Below are positions 54,713 to 64,000 of a DNA stretch of 64,000 bases, in pieces. This DNA comes from Oscillospiraceae bacterium (GTDB taxonomy: Bacteria; Bacillota; Clostridia; Oscillospirales; CAG-272). The translations under genes were made by a program, and so were the position numbers. The notes below the pieces were generated by a model, which did not search any database, was not told the origin of the DNA, and saw only the letters and a list, made by a program, of their open reading frames with translations. Position 1 is the stretch's first letter. Each line of letters begins with the position of its first letter. Location: positions 35,092 to 99,091 of the forward strand of contig SVSR01000004.1 of the NCBI GenBank assembly GCA_015064205.1, in the 5' to 3' direction.

Positions 54713-54992
54713 ATTCTTTTGTTCTTAATCAACAATCGGGCTCATCGGCTAAACATTTCAATTTATGCTCATTTTTGCTTATACTGCGCGATTTTCAAAT
54801 AAATACTGCAAGTTTTCGCTTTTTTATAAAAATATTACTTTCATTTTCTGGTATTTTCAAAAAACCCTTTACTTTGACGCATAATTGTTATATAATATAA
54901 TTAACATATATGAAAATACAGTAATTAAATGTCAGTTTTTTGTACAGAGTGCAGAATTTTCATGTAAAATTGCCGAAATTTGGAGAGCATAA

Positions 54993-56810
54993 ATGCAAAA
55001 TCCGTATCATGACCATAGTATAGATGAGCTTGAAAAAGAGCTTAAAAAATTTTTCGGCTATGACAGCTTTCGTCTTGGACAGCACGAAGTAATATCTACA
55101 ATACTTAAAGGCAGGGATACTCTTACTGTAATGCCGACGGGCTCGGGTAAATCTATCTGCTATCAGCTTCCCGCTTTGCTTTTTGGCGGTATCACACTCG
55201 TTATATCCCCTCTCGTATCGCTTATGCGCGATCAGGTGGCGGCTCTCGGAAGCACGGGGATCAGAGCTGCATATATAAACAGTACTCTTAGCACAAAACA
55301 GTGTTCGCTCGCGCTTTCCAATGCAGCGCAGGGCATGTACAAGATAATTTACGTTGCGCCAGAAAGGCTTCAAAGTCCATCATTTTTAAGCTTTGCCGAA
55401 AAAGCGGACATTTCGCTTATCGCGATAGACGAGGCTCACTGTGTTTCACAATGGGGGCACGATTTCAGGAGAAGCTATCTCGGAATAAAGGATTTCGTTG
55501 CCAAACTAAGGCATAGGCCAATTGTTGCTGCTCTTACGGCAACAGCCACAGAAAAGGTAAAGGCAGATATAACTAATCTGCTCGGACTTGAAGATGCTTG
55601 TGCATTCACAACCGGATATGACCGTCCGAATCTGTATTTTGGAATAACAAACCCGGCCGACAAGGTCGGATACATACTCGACTTTATTAAAAGGCGTCCC
55701 GGTAAGGCAGGAATCATATACTGTGCCACAAGAAAAAATACCGACATTTTATATTCAGAGCTTGTCGATAAAGGTGTCAGCGCCGTAAGGTATCACGCCG
55801 GGCTTTCCGAGGCCGAGCGAAACAAGTCTCAGGACGATTTTATTTATGATAAATGCAGAGTTATCGTTGCAACAAACGCTTTCGGAATGGGGATAGACAA
55901 ATCAAACGTTGCGTTCGTTATCCATTATAATATGCCCCTTTCGGTTGAAGCGTATTATCAGGAGGCCGGACGGGCCGGGCGCGACGGGATGGATGCAGAA
56001 TGCGTTCTTTTGTATTCATACAGTGACGTTAAGCTTGCAGAGTATCTTATAGATCTGCCGCCTGCAAATGAAGATGAAGAGCTATCTAGTGAAGAATATG
56101 CGGCTCTCAAAAAAATCAACAAAGAAAAGCTTGAGCGAATGGCGCATCTCTGCAAAGCAAAAAGTTGTCTGCGCAAGTCTATTTTATCATACTTCGGAGA
56201 ACAATATAAAAACAAAACTTGCTCTAAATGCTCATACTGCTTAAAACAGAACACGGGAGTTACTCTTGATTCAACCAAAATTATCATCGGCACGCTTATC
56301 TTAAAAACCGGCTCAAGATACGGTATCGGCTCGATAACCGATATTCTTGCCGGAAGTAAAACCGTAAAACTTGCCGCAAGAGGTTTTGACAAGCTTTACG
56401 AATTTGGATACCTCAAGCTATCTGACAAGAGATCGATAAAGCAAATAATAAACGACATGATTGAAGACGGTCTTTTGTCGCAAACCGAAGGCGAATATCC
56501 TATTTTAAAGGTTACTGACAAGTTTATCAAAGAAAGCGAAAAGCAAAAGCCTGAAATAGGCCTCTTACCTGCACCTGAAAGAGTCAAAGCCGACTCATCA
56601 CTTACAGATGAGTTAAAGCTCTGGCGAAAAAATACCGCGTACAAGCTTGGCATGCCGCCATACGTAATCATCACCGATCTGACGCTTAATCTTATTGCAA
56701 TAGAAAAGCCGAAAGATACAAGAGCGCTTCTGAAGATAAAAGGAATTTCAGAAAAGAAAGCCGAAAAATACGGCCGAGATATAATCTCGATCATCAAAAA
56801 ACATCTTTAA
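54993..56810 (+). CDS. recQ: ATP-dependent DNA helicase RecQ (helicase, RQC zinc/WH, HRDC)
   Basis: MPTGSGKS, DEAHC, ATNAFGMGIDK, QEAGRAGRDG, Cys cluster C..C..CSKCSYC, C-terminal HRDC-like LKLWRKNTAYKLGMPPYVI. Confidence 0.9.
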   Translation: MQNPYHDHSIDELEKELKKFFGYDSFRLGQHEVISTILKGRDTLTVMPTGSGKSICYQLPALLFGGITLVISPLVSLMRDQVAALGSTGIRAAYINSTLSTKQCSLALSNAAQGMYKIIYVAPERLQSPSFLSFAEKADISLIAIDEAHCVSQWGHDFRRSYLGIKDFVAKLRHRPIVAALTATATEKVKADITNLLGLEDACAFTTGYDRPNLYFGITNPADKVGYILDFIKRRPGKAGIIYCATRKNTDILYSELVDKGVSAVRYHAGLSEAERNKSQDDFIYDKCRVIVATNAFGMGIDKSNVAFVIHYNMPLSVEAYYQEAGRAGRDGMDAECVLLYSYSDVKLAEYLIDLPPANEDEELSSEEYAALKKINKEKLERMAHLCKAKSCLRKSILSYFGEQYKNKTCSKCSYCLKQNTGVTLDSTKIIIGTLILKTGSRYGIGSITDILAGSKTVKLAARGFDKLYEFGYLKLSDKRSIKQIINDMIEDGLLSQTEGEYPILKVTDKFIKESEKQKPEIGLLPAPERVKADSSLTDELKLWRKNTAYKLGMPPYVIITDLTLNLIAIEKPKDTRALLKIKGISEKKAEKYGRDIISIIKKHL

Positions 56811-56853
56811 GCCAAAAGGCAAAGAATAAAGTTACCACGGAGGTGTAATCTTT

Positions 56854-58059
56854 ATGTATAAGAAAAAAGAATGTATCGCCATGCTGCTTGCCGGCGGACA
56901 GGGCAGCAGACTTTTTACGCTGACGGAAAAAACAGCGAAGCCTGCGATCCCCTTTGGCGGTAAATACCGCATCATTGATTTTACTCTTTCAAACTGTATC
57001 AATTCAGGTATAGATACCGTTGGTGTGCTCACACAGTATCAGCCTTTGGTACTTAACGAATATATAGGCAACGGCCAGCCGTGGGACCTTGACCGTACCT
57101 TTGGCGGAGTTATGGTGCTTCCGCCTTATCAGAAAAGCAAATCTGCCGACTGGTATAAGGGAACGGCTAACGCGATATATCAGAATCTAAACTTTATAGA
57201 GCGCTACGATCCCGATTACGTTGTTATTCTCTCGGGCGACCATATTTATAAAATGGATTACAGCGCAATGCTCGACCATCACAAAAAAATGGAAGCAGAC
57301 TGCACAATAGCCGTCCTTGACGTGCCTCTTGATCAGGCAAGCAGATTCGGCATTATGAACTGTAAAGATGACGGTGCGATATATGAGTTTGAAGAAAAAC
57401 CCGCAGAGCCTAAAAGCACCAAGGCATCAATGGGTATATACATCTTCAACCGCGAAGTTCTTTCCAAATACCTTATTGAGGACGAGGAAAAGTCCGAATC
57501 CTCAAACGACTTCGGGAAGAACATAATCCCCTCAATGTTAAACGACGGCAAGCGTCTTTATGCTTATGAATTCTCGGGATATTGGAAGGACGTTGGTACT
57601 ATTCCAAGCCTTTGGGAAGCCCACATGGATCTTCTTGGCGAAAATCCCGTATTCAATCTTTACGACAGCACAAGAAGAATTTTTTCAAGAAGCGAATCCC
57701 GCCCCCCTCATTACATCGGTGAGGGTGCAACTATTACAAACTCGCTAATTAGTGAAGGCTGCGAGGTACACGGTACAGTTGAAAATTCGGTATTGTTCGG
57801 CGGCGTTTACGTTGCTCCGGGCGCAGTTGTTCGCGATTCTGTAATAATGAGCGACACTCAGATTCTTGAGGGCTCTGAGATATATTACTCTATAATTGAC
57901 AGCGACACAGTTATAGGCAAAAACGTAAAGCTCGGTGCAGGGCAGAAAAACAATAAGTTCAAGATAACGCTTATCGGCGGCGAGCTGAACATAAACTCAG
58001 ACGATAAGATCCCTGCGGGATCTATGGTTAACGAAGCCTTTCTGGCGAATCAGAAATAA
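56854..58059 (+). CDS. glgC: Glucose-1-phosphate adenylyltransferase, catalytic subunit
   Basis: [37 protein letters not shown], LbH C-terminus. Confidence 0.95.
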   Translation: MYKKKECIAMLLAGGQGSRLFTLTEKTAKPAIPFGGKYRIIDFTLSNCINSGIDTVGVLTQYQPLVLNEYIGNGQPWDLDRTFGGVMVLPPYQKSKSADWYKGTANAIYQNLNFIERYDPDYVVILSGDHIYKMDYSAMLDHHKKMEADCTIAVLDVPLDQASRFGIMNCKDDGAIYEFEEKPAEPKSTKASMGIYIFNREVLSKYLIEDEEKSESSNDFGKNIIPSMLNDGKRLYAYEFSGYWKDVGTIPSLWEAHMDLLGENPVFNLYDSTRRIFSRSESRPPHYIGEGATITNSLISEGCEVHGTVENSVLFGGVYVAPGAVVRDSVIMSDTQILEGSEIYYSIIDSDTVIGKNVKLGAGQKNNKFKITLIGGELNINSDDKIPAGSMVNEAFLANQK

Positions 58060-58088
58060 AAGCAGTATTTAAGAAAGGACACGTAACA

Positions 58089-59228
58089 ATGGCAACAGCT
58101 AACGGTATAATTTTTTCTAATATTCATGATAAAAGCATTCCGGAGCTCACGCGCAAGCGCACTATGGCAAGTATTCCGTTCGGATGCAAATACAGGCTTA
58201 TAGACTTCGCTCTTTCCAACATGGTAAACTCTGGAATAACTAGTGTCAGTGTAATTACGCACTACAATTATCAGTCGCTTATCGACCATATCGGTTCGGG
58301 CAAGGACTGGGATCTTGCGCGCCGTTCCGGCGGTATAAAAATACTGACTCCTTACATCACGTCATTTGCAAATGCTTCAAGCGGACTTTATAATTCAAGG
58401 CTCGAAGCACTTATGAGCATAAACTACTCTCTCTCTCGCTTCAACTCTGACGTTATCGTTTTCTCAGACTGCGACGTTATATGCAATATCGATCTTAACG
58501 ATATGATAAACGACCATATAAAGAACCAGGCTGATATAACCTTTGCGGTAAAGAGAGTCAATCTCACCGAAGAAGAAGCGTCAAAGAATATAATTATGTA
58601 TTCCTCAGACGACGGCAAGCTTAACGAGGCGATATCTTTCCCCGTTCACGGCATCAGCGGATACAACGATATTAACCTTAACATCTTTGTTGCAAACACA
58701 CGTTATATACAGAATCTGGTTAACGATGCAATTGCTCACGGATATAAGAGCTTCAGCCGCGACGTGCTCGTTCCGAACGTTCACAAGAGAAATTACAGAA
58801 CGTACAGATATGACGGATATTTTTCAAATATCACTTCCCTCGAATCATTCTATCACCATAATATGAAGCTTTTGACAAACCCTGAAATACGCGATTATCT
58901 CTTTGCGCAGAAAAACCGTCCGGTATACACAAAGGTACGCAATTCCGCGCCCACAAAATACGGCGAAGGCTGCACGGTTAAGAATTCTCTTATTGCAGAC
59001 GGTTGCGTTATTGAAGGTAGGGTTGAAAACTCGATACTCTTCAGAGGAGTCAAGATAGGACCTAACACAACTGTTAAGAATTCTATCCTCTTCCAAGACA
59101 CAGTAACGGGCAAAAACGTATTTTTAAACTGCGTTATAAGCGATAAGAATGCGGTCATACGCGACGACAGAATACTGTCAGGACATGAATCAATGCCCTT
59201 CTTTATAGATAAGGGAAAAATGATTTGA
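58089..59228 (+). CDS. glgD: Glucose-1-phosphate adenylyltransferase, GlgD subunit
   Basis: GlgC paralogue lacking the GGxGxRL motif (IIFSNIHDKSIPELT..PFGCKYRLIDF), in the usual glgC-glgD order. Confidence 0.9.
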   Translation: MATANGIIFSNIHDKSIPELTRKRTMASIPFGCKYRLIDFALSNMVNSGITSVSVITHYNYQSLIDHIGSGKDWDLARRSGGIKILTPYITSFANASSGLYNSRLEALMSINYSLSRFNSDVIVFSDCDVICNIDLNDMINDHIKNQADITFAVKRVNLTEEEASKNIIMYSSDDGKLNEAISFPVHGISGYNDINLNIFVANTRYIQNLVNDAIAHGYKSFSRDVLVPNVHKRNYRTYRYDGYFSNITSLESFYHHNMKLLTNPEIRDYLFAQKNRPVYTKVRNSAPTKYGEGCTVKNSLIADGCVIEGRVENSILFRGVKIGPNTTVKNSILFQDTVTGKNVFLNCVISDKNAVIRDDRILSGHESMPFFIDKGKMI

Positions 59229-59261
59229 CGCTTTTTAAACAGACACGGAAAGGATAACACA

Positions 59262-60710
59262 ATGTCAGAAAACAAGGCAAATAAAATACTGTTTGTCGGC
59301 AGCGAAGCAACACCGTTTGCGGCTACCGGCGGACTTGGAGATGTTCTAGGCTCTCTACCTGCTGCACTGAAACGGGAAAGAGGCGAAAATATAGATATAA
59401 GAGTCGTTATTCCGATGTACGGAAGTATCTCAGACGATGACAGAATAAACTTCGAAAAGGTTTGCGAATTTACGGTAAATCTCTCGTGGCGTCAGCAATA
59501 CTGCGGCGTTTATAAATGCGAGAGAAACGGCGTTATATACTATTTTATAGATAACGAATTTTACTTCAAGCGCTCGTCTATGTACGGAAGCTTTGACGAC
59601 GGCGAAAGATACGCTTTCTTTTGCAAAGCTGTTCTTGAAATGATGCCGCACATAGGATTTTTCCCGGATATTCTTCATGCGCACGATTGGCAAAGCGCAC
59701 TCTCTGTTATATACCTCAAACGTAAATACCGCTATTTTGAAGAATACTCTCACATGAAAGCGATATATACGATACACAACATAGAATACCAGGGAATATA
59801 CGGTTTTGAGATCCTCTCAGACATATTCTGCCTCGATTCATGGGACAGGTATATCGTTGAATACGACGGTTGCATAAATCTTACAAAGGGAGCTATCGTA
59901 TGCTGCGACAGACTTACGACCGTCAGCCCCAATTATGCAAACGAGATACAGACCGAATATTTTTCTCACGGGCTTCATTACATAATTGCAATGAACCGCG
60001 ATAAGATAACAGGTATTGTAAACGGTATAGACTACGATAATTATAATCCAGAAAAAGATACTGAACTCAAACGTCATTTTTCATCAGATAATCAGATTCA
60101 GAAAAATGTTGATAAGGCAGAACTTCAAAATATGTTCTCTCTTCCCGAAAGACGCGACGTTCCCGTTATTGCCATGATATCCCGTCTTGCTTCTCATAAG
60201 GGCTTTGACCTTGTAAAGAGAGTGCTTGAGGAAATAGTTACGTGCGATGACGTTCAGTTCGTGCTTCTCGGTACGGGAGAGAGAGATCTTGAAGACTACT
60301 TCTCTTATATGGCAAACAAATACCCCGACCGCGTTGGTGTAAAACTTGCATTTAACAAAACTCTTGCAAAGCAGATATATGCGGGTGCGGATATATTCCT
60401 TATGCCCTCAAAGAGCGAGCCCTGCGGACTTGCTCAGATGATAGCTTCGCGCTACGGCACTGTACCGGTGGTTCGGGAAACGGGTGGACTTTACGATACG
60501 ATAAAGCCGTATAACCCCGAGGATAAGACAGGAAACGGAATTACGTTTAAAACATACAACGCTCACGATATGTACGATGCAGTCCGCCGCGCTATTGAGC
60601 TTTTTAAAAACAAGCGCCAGTGGAAAACTCTTCGTACCAATGCCATGAATACTGATTTTTCATGGAATTCCTCTGCTATAAAATATCTAGAAATGTACGA
60701 TAATCTTTAA
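59262..60710 (+). CDS. glgA: Glycogen synthase (ADP-glucose type, GT5)
   Basis: ILFVGSEATPFAATGGLGDV, HAHDWQS, PSKSEPCGL. Confidence 0.95.
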   Translation: MSENKANKILFVGSEATPFAATGGLGDVLGSLPAALKRERGENIDIRVVIPMYGSISDDDRINFEKVCEFTVNLSWRQQYCGVYKCERNGVIYYFIDNEFYFKRSSMYGSFDDGERYAFFCKAVLEMMPHIGFFPDILHAHDWQSALSVIYLKRKYRYFEEYSHMKAIYTIHNIEYQGIYGFEILSDIFCLDSWDRYIVEYDGCINLTKGAIVCCDRLTTVSPNYANEIQTEYFSHGLHYIIAMNRDKITGIVNGIDYDNYNPEKDTELKRHFSSDNQIQKNVDKAELQNMFSLPERRDVPVIAMISRLASHKGFDLVKRVLEEIVTCDDVQFVLLGTGERDLEDYFSYMANKYPDRVGVKLAFNKTLAKQIYAGADIFLMPSKSEPCGLAQMIASRYGTVPVVRETGGLYDTIKPYNPEDKTGNGITFKTYNAHDMYDAVRRAIELFKNKRQWKTLRTNAMNTDFSWNSSAIKYLEMYDNL

Positions 60711-60733
60711 AATCAGCAATCAGTCAAGGAAAG

Positions 60734-63187
60734 TTGGAATCAAAAGTGAATAAAAAAACCGAAATAAACGAAATACGCGAGGCAATAGCCAGCAAATTAT
60801 CAAGATACTACGCGACGACTCCCGAGGAAGCAACGGAGCTTCAGATGTATAAGGCAGTCTCACTTTGCGTAAAGGACGCTCTTACCAAAAAAGCAACCGA
60901 ATTTAAAAGCGCATACAAAGCACTCCATCAGAAAAAGCTCTATTATCTCTGCATGGAGTTTCTCGTCGGCCGTCAGCTTCGCAATAATCTCAGAAATCTC
61001 GGTCTTGCCGAAAAATACGGCGAAGTCCTATCGGAGTTTGGATTTGATATAGACAAAATATATTCCTGCGAGCCCGATCCCGGCCTTGGCAACGGGGGTC
61101 TTGGCAGACTTGCAGCCTGCTTTATGGACTCGCTTACAACGCTGGATTACCATGCTACCGGTTTTTCACTCTGCTACGAATACGGTCTTTTCAAGCAGAG
61201 AATAATAGACGGTGAGCAGATAGAGCTTCCCGACGTATGGATGCCCGACGGAGACGTTTGGCTCGTTCCGAGGCAGGACAAGAAATTTAACGTCAGATTC
61301 GGCGGGCACATAAATGAAAAATGGGTAGACAACAAGCTTGAGCTCATTTATGAGGATTACGAAGAGCTTCAGGCTGTACCCTACGATATGATGATCTCGG
61401 GTGCCGACTGCGAAGCTGTTAACACTCTCAGACTCTTCAAGGCTAAGCCCGTACAGAATTTTGATATGGGTCTTTTCTCTCAGGGGCAGTACATAAAGGC
61501 GATGGAGGACAGCAACAACGCAGACATAATATCAAAGGTCCTCTACCCGTCCGATAACCACCTTGAAGGTAAGTTCTTACGTTTGAGTCAGCAGTACTTC
61601 CTTGTTTCCGCATCGCTTCAGAGCATTTTAAGCGATCATCTTGCCGCATACGGCACACTTTCCAACTTTGCAGACAAGGTTGCAATACACATCAACGACA
61701 CTCATCCTGCTCTCGTTATCCCCGAAATGATGAGAGTTCTTATCGACACCTACTCATACAAGTGGGAAGACGCATGGGAAACTGTAAGAAAAACGGTTAC
61801 GTATACAAACCACACTGTCATGCCCGAAGCTCTCGAAGTATGGCCTGAAGATCTCCTGAAGGTAAAACTTCCCAGAATACATACAATAGTATGTGAGATA
61901 AACCGCAGGTTCTGCGCAGATCTTTGGAACAAGTACACAGGCGATTGGGACAGAATCTCAAGAATGTCGATCATCGCTTCTTCTCAGGTAAGAATGGCAA
62001 ATTTGAGTATCGTGGGTTCAAACAAGGTCAACGGTGTTTCAAAGCTACACTCGGAAATACTCAAAAATACTGTATTCCACGATTTTTACAAGAACGATCC
62101 CGAGATGTTTACAAACGTTACAAACGGTATCGCTCACCGCAGATGGCTTTGCTATTCAAACCCGAGGCTTGCAGGTCTACTTGACGAATGTATAGGTACA
62201 TCTTACAGAAAATCTCCCGAAAGGCTTGCGGATTTTGCAAAGTTCTACGGCGACAAAGCTGTATATGAAAAGCTTGATAAGATTAAACGCGAAAACAAAG
62301 CGGCATTTGCGATGTACGTTCAGAACAAAACGGGTGTAAAGCTTGATCCCGACTCTGTTTTTGACGTTCAGGTCAAGCGTATGCACGAATACAAGCGCCA
62401 GCTTCTCAATGCTATAAAGATAATCAGTATATACAACGAGCTTGTTGAAAATCCAAACAAGGATATCAAGCCTCAGACCTTCATCTTCGGTGCCAAAGCA
62501 GCTCCCGGCTACTATATGGCTAAAAATATAATAAAGCTTATATACAACATTAGTCAGGAAATCGAAAAGAACCCGAATATAAGAGAAAAAATACGCGTTG
62601 TATTCATGGAAGATTACAACGTAAGCCTTGCGGAAATGCTCATTCCTGCGGCCGATATAAGCGAGCAGATATCACTTGCGGGTAAGGAAGCAAGCGGTAC
62701 GGGTAATATGAAGCTCATGATAAACGGCGCTGTAACGCTTGGTACACTCGACGGTGCAAACGTTGAGATAAGCGAAGCGGTCGGTCCTGACAACATATAC
62801 ATATTCGGCCTTACGACCGAAGAGGTTGACGATCTCTGGAAGAGAGGATACCGTTCTGTTGATTTCTACAACAACAGCCCCGTGCTCAAGAAGGCAGTTG
62901 ACCGAATGGCTCTGGGATTTGACGGTGTAAGCTTTGAAAATATGAGAAACTATCTTATATTTGCTCAACCCGTATCCGACCCGTATATGTGTCTTGCCGA
63001 TTTTGAGTCGTACAAAAAGGCTTACGACAGACTCATATGCGATTACTCCGACCGAGATAAGTGGCTTGGTATGTCGCTTATGAATATAGCGTTCGCCGGC
63101 ATCTTTGCTTCCGACAGAAGTATCGGAGAATATGCGCGAAACATCTGGCACATACAGCCTGCCAAATTTAAAAAAGGCAAAAAATAA
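60734..63187 (+). CDS. glgP: Glycogen/alpha-glucan phosphorylase (GT35)
   Basis: GLGNGGLGRLAAC, EASGTGNMKLMINGA (PLP Lys). The exact start (TTG 60734 vs GTG 60746) is unresolved. Confidence 0.95.
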   Translation: MESKVNKKTEINEIREAIASKLSRYYATTPEEATELQMYKAVSLCVKDALTKKATEFKSAYKALHQKKLYYLCMEFLVGRQLRNNLRNLGLAEKYGEVLSEFGFDIDKIYSCEPDPGLGNGGLGRLAACFMDSLTTLDYHATGFSLCYEYGLFKQRIIDGEQIELPDVWMPDGDVWLVPRQDKKFNVRFGGHINEKWVDNKLELIYEDYEELQAVPYDMMISGADCEAVNTLRLFKAKPVQNFDMGLFSQGQYIKAMEDSNNADIISKVLYPSDNHLEGKFLRLSQQYFLVSASLQSILSDHLAAYGTLSNFADKVAIHINDTHPALVIPEMMRVLIDTYSYKWEDAWETVRKTVTYTNHTVMPEALEVWPEDLLKVKLPRIHTIVCEINRRFCADLWNKYTGDWDRISRMSIIASSQVRMANLSIVGSNKVNGVSKLHSEILKNTVFHDFYKNDPEMFTNVTNGIAHRRWLCYSNPRLAGLLDECIGTSYRKSPERLADFAKFYGDKAVYEKLDKIKRENKAAFAMYVQNKTGVKLDPDSVFDVQVKRMHEYKRQLLNAIKIISIYNELVENPNKDIKPQTFIFGAKAAPGYYMAKNIIKLIYNISQEIEKNPNIREKIRVVFMEDYNVSLAEMLIPAADISEQISLAGKEASGTGNMKLMINGAVTLGTLDGANVEISEAVGPDNIYIFGLTTEEVDDLWKRGYRSVDFYNNSPVLKKAVDRMALGFDGVSFENMRNYLIFAQPVSDPYMCLADFESYKKAYDRLICDYSDRDKWLGMSLMNIAFAGIFASDRSIGEYARNIWHIQPAKFKKGKK

Positions 63188-63198
63188 TAATAAAACGC

Positions 63199-63229
63199 AC
63201 GGCAGACCGTGAGTGCCACGGTCTGCCGT
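63199..63229 (+). terminator. Hairpin after glgP (weak U tract)
   Basis: ACGGCAGACCGTG-agtgc-CACGGTCTGCCGT. Confidence 0.5.
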
Positions 63230-63246
63230 ATAATTAAGAGAAATAT

Positions 63247-64000
63247 ATGGATTTAAACATAAGACCTGTTATAAAAAAAATATCCGGCAAAGAGCCTCAG
63301 GCCAACCTTTTTTCAGCCTTTTCTTTTGACGACAGTCTGACTCTCTGCCTATATATTCCCGCCTCTTATTCTGCCGATAGCGCTATGCTTGAGCTGTATA
63401 TTGACGACAGCATGACAAGAAAGTCATACAAGGCAGAAAAAATTGAAAGTACAGAAGATTTTGACATGTTTGCCCACACATTTGATTTTAAAGAAATATG
63501 TCAGGGCGACGATTCAGGGCTTTTTTACTATCACTTCAGCTTTGAATCAAATGGCAAACGCATGTTCGTATCCCGTAATCACAGAGATCTTCTGCCCGAA
63601 ATTGTATTAAACGATTGGGACGTTTCGGCTTATCAGCTTCTTATATATAAAAGCGATTTTAAAACGCCCGATAACTTTAAAGGTTGTGTAATGTACCAGA
63701 TCTTCCCAGACAGATTTTCAAGGGGAAGTATTCCCGTAAAAGTGAGAGATGACGCAGTCATAAATGAGGATTGGTACGGAAATATTACCGAATACGCAGA
63801 GTATCCGGGAGCATTTGTTAAAAATAACACCTTTTTTGGCGGAACGCTCTGGGGAATTATTGAAAAGCTTGACTATTTAAAATCCCTCGGTGTTGATTTT
63901 ATATATTTAAACCCGATATTTGAAGCCTACTCAAATCACAAATACGACACCGGTAACTACATGAAGGTAGATGAGATGTTCGGGGGAGATGAGGCATTTG
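63247..64000 (+). CDS. GH13 alpha-amylase-family enzyme (neopullulanase/cyclomaltodextrinase-like); 3' end outside the window
   Basis: Absent from the ORF track because no stop is reached. Translation from ATG 63247 gives ..YQIFPDRFSRG..FFGGTLWGIIEKLDYLKSLGVDFIYLNPIFEAYSNHKYDTGNYMKVDEMFGG (GH13 region I context). Confidence 0.85.
   Translation, partial: MDLNIRPVIKKISGKEPQANLFSAFSFDDSLTLCLYIPASYSADSAMLELYIDDSMTRKSYKAEKIESTEDFDMFAHTFDFKEICQGDDSGLFYYHFSFESNGKRMFVSRNHRDLLPEIVLNDWDVSAYQLLIYKSDFKTPDNFKGCVMYQIFPDRFSRGSIPVKVRDDAVINEDWYGNITEYAEYPGAFVKNNTFFGGTLWGIIEKLDYLKSLGVDFIYLNPIFEAYSNHKYDTGNYMKVDEMFGGDEAF

Noticed and set aside
54993-63187. recQ-glgCDAP as an unusual operon
   Set aside because: No terminator is visible in the 43-nt recQ-glgC spacer. 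Adjacency alone is weak evidence, the glg genes are in their standard Firmicute order, and nothing further is anomalous.

Overview
This 64 kb window reads as chromosomal DNA from a low-GC, spore-forming Firmicute. The likely class is Clostridia (Oscillospiraceae/Ruminococcaceae-like), judged from the SASP, SpoIIID, SpoIVFB-like protease, SLH surface protein, GlgC/GlgD pair and T-box. Coding density is high and most genes are housekeeping:
- a CssRS-like two-component pair with htrA
- ybaK and nnr
- thioesterase-iorAB
- serA-serC
- pfk, ymdB, gap
- the rpsF-ssb-rpsR operon
- pdxK and an aminotransferase
- a stand-alone trpB
- radC, a DinG/XPD-like helicase, rlmA
- an SbcD/SbcC-like (YhaO/YhaN-type) pair
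- an AGCS symporter
- a DUF1538 + PII-like pair
- recQ and glgC-glgD-glgA-glgP followed by a 3'-truncated GH13 gene

RNA features I can support are tRNA-Asp(GUC), tRNA-Thr(GGU), a Trp (UGG) T-box, a glycine riboswitch, and many intrinsic terminators, often bidirectional. I saw no rRNA, CRISPR array, transposase, integrase or obvious prophage or defence island, so I cannot point to one clear novel multi-gene system.

The most unusual signals are:
1. two tandem 76-nt GC-rich units with compensatory stem changes, abutting the gap stop codon
2. an SbcCD-like pair whose ATPase has a transmembrane hairpin where a coiled-coil apex would be, translationally packed behind rlmA and a GT2 gene
3. a PD-(D/E)xK nuclease fused to an Fe-S XPD/DinG helicase
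4. an orphan MazF/EndoA toxin with no adjacent antitoxin
5. a frameshifted icd
6. a strong-SD mini-ORF (MLFVKRWRP) between the Trp T-box terminator and trpB
7. a structured leader ahead of a 47-codon RHH gene
8. a three-gene operon built around a minimal site-2 protease

All family names come from motif recognition by eye, not from database searches.
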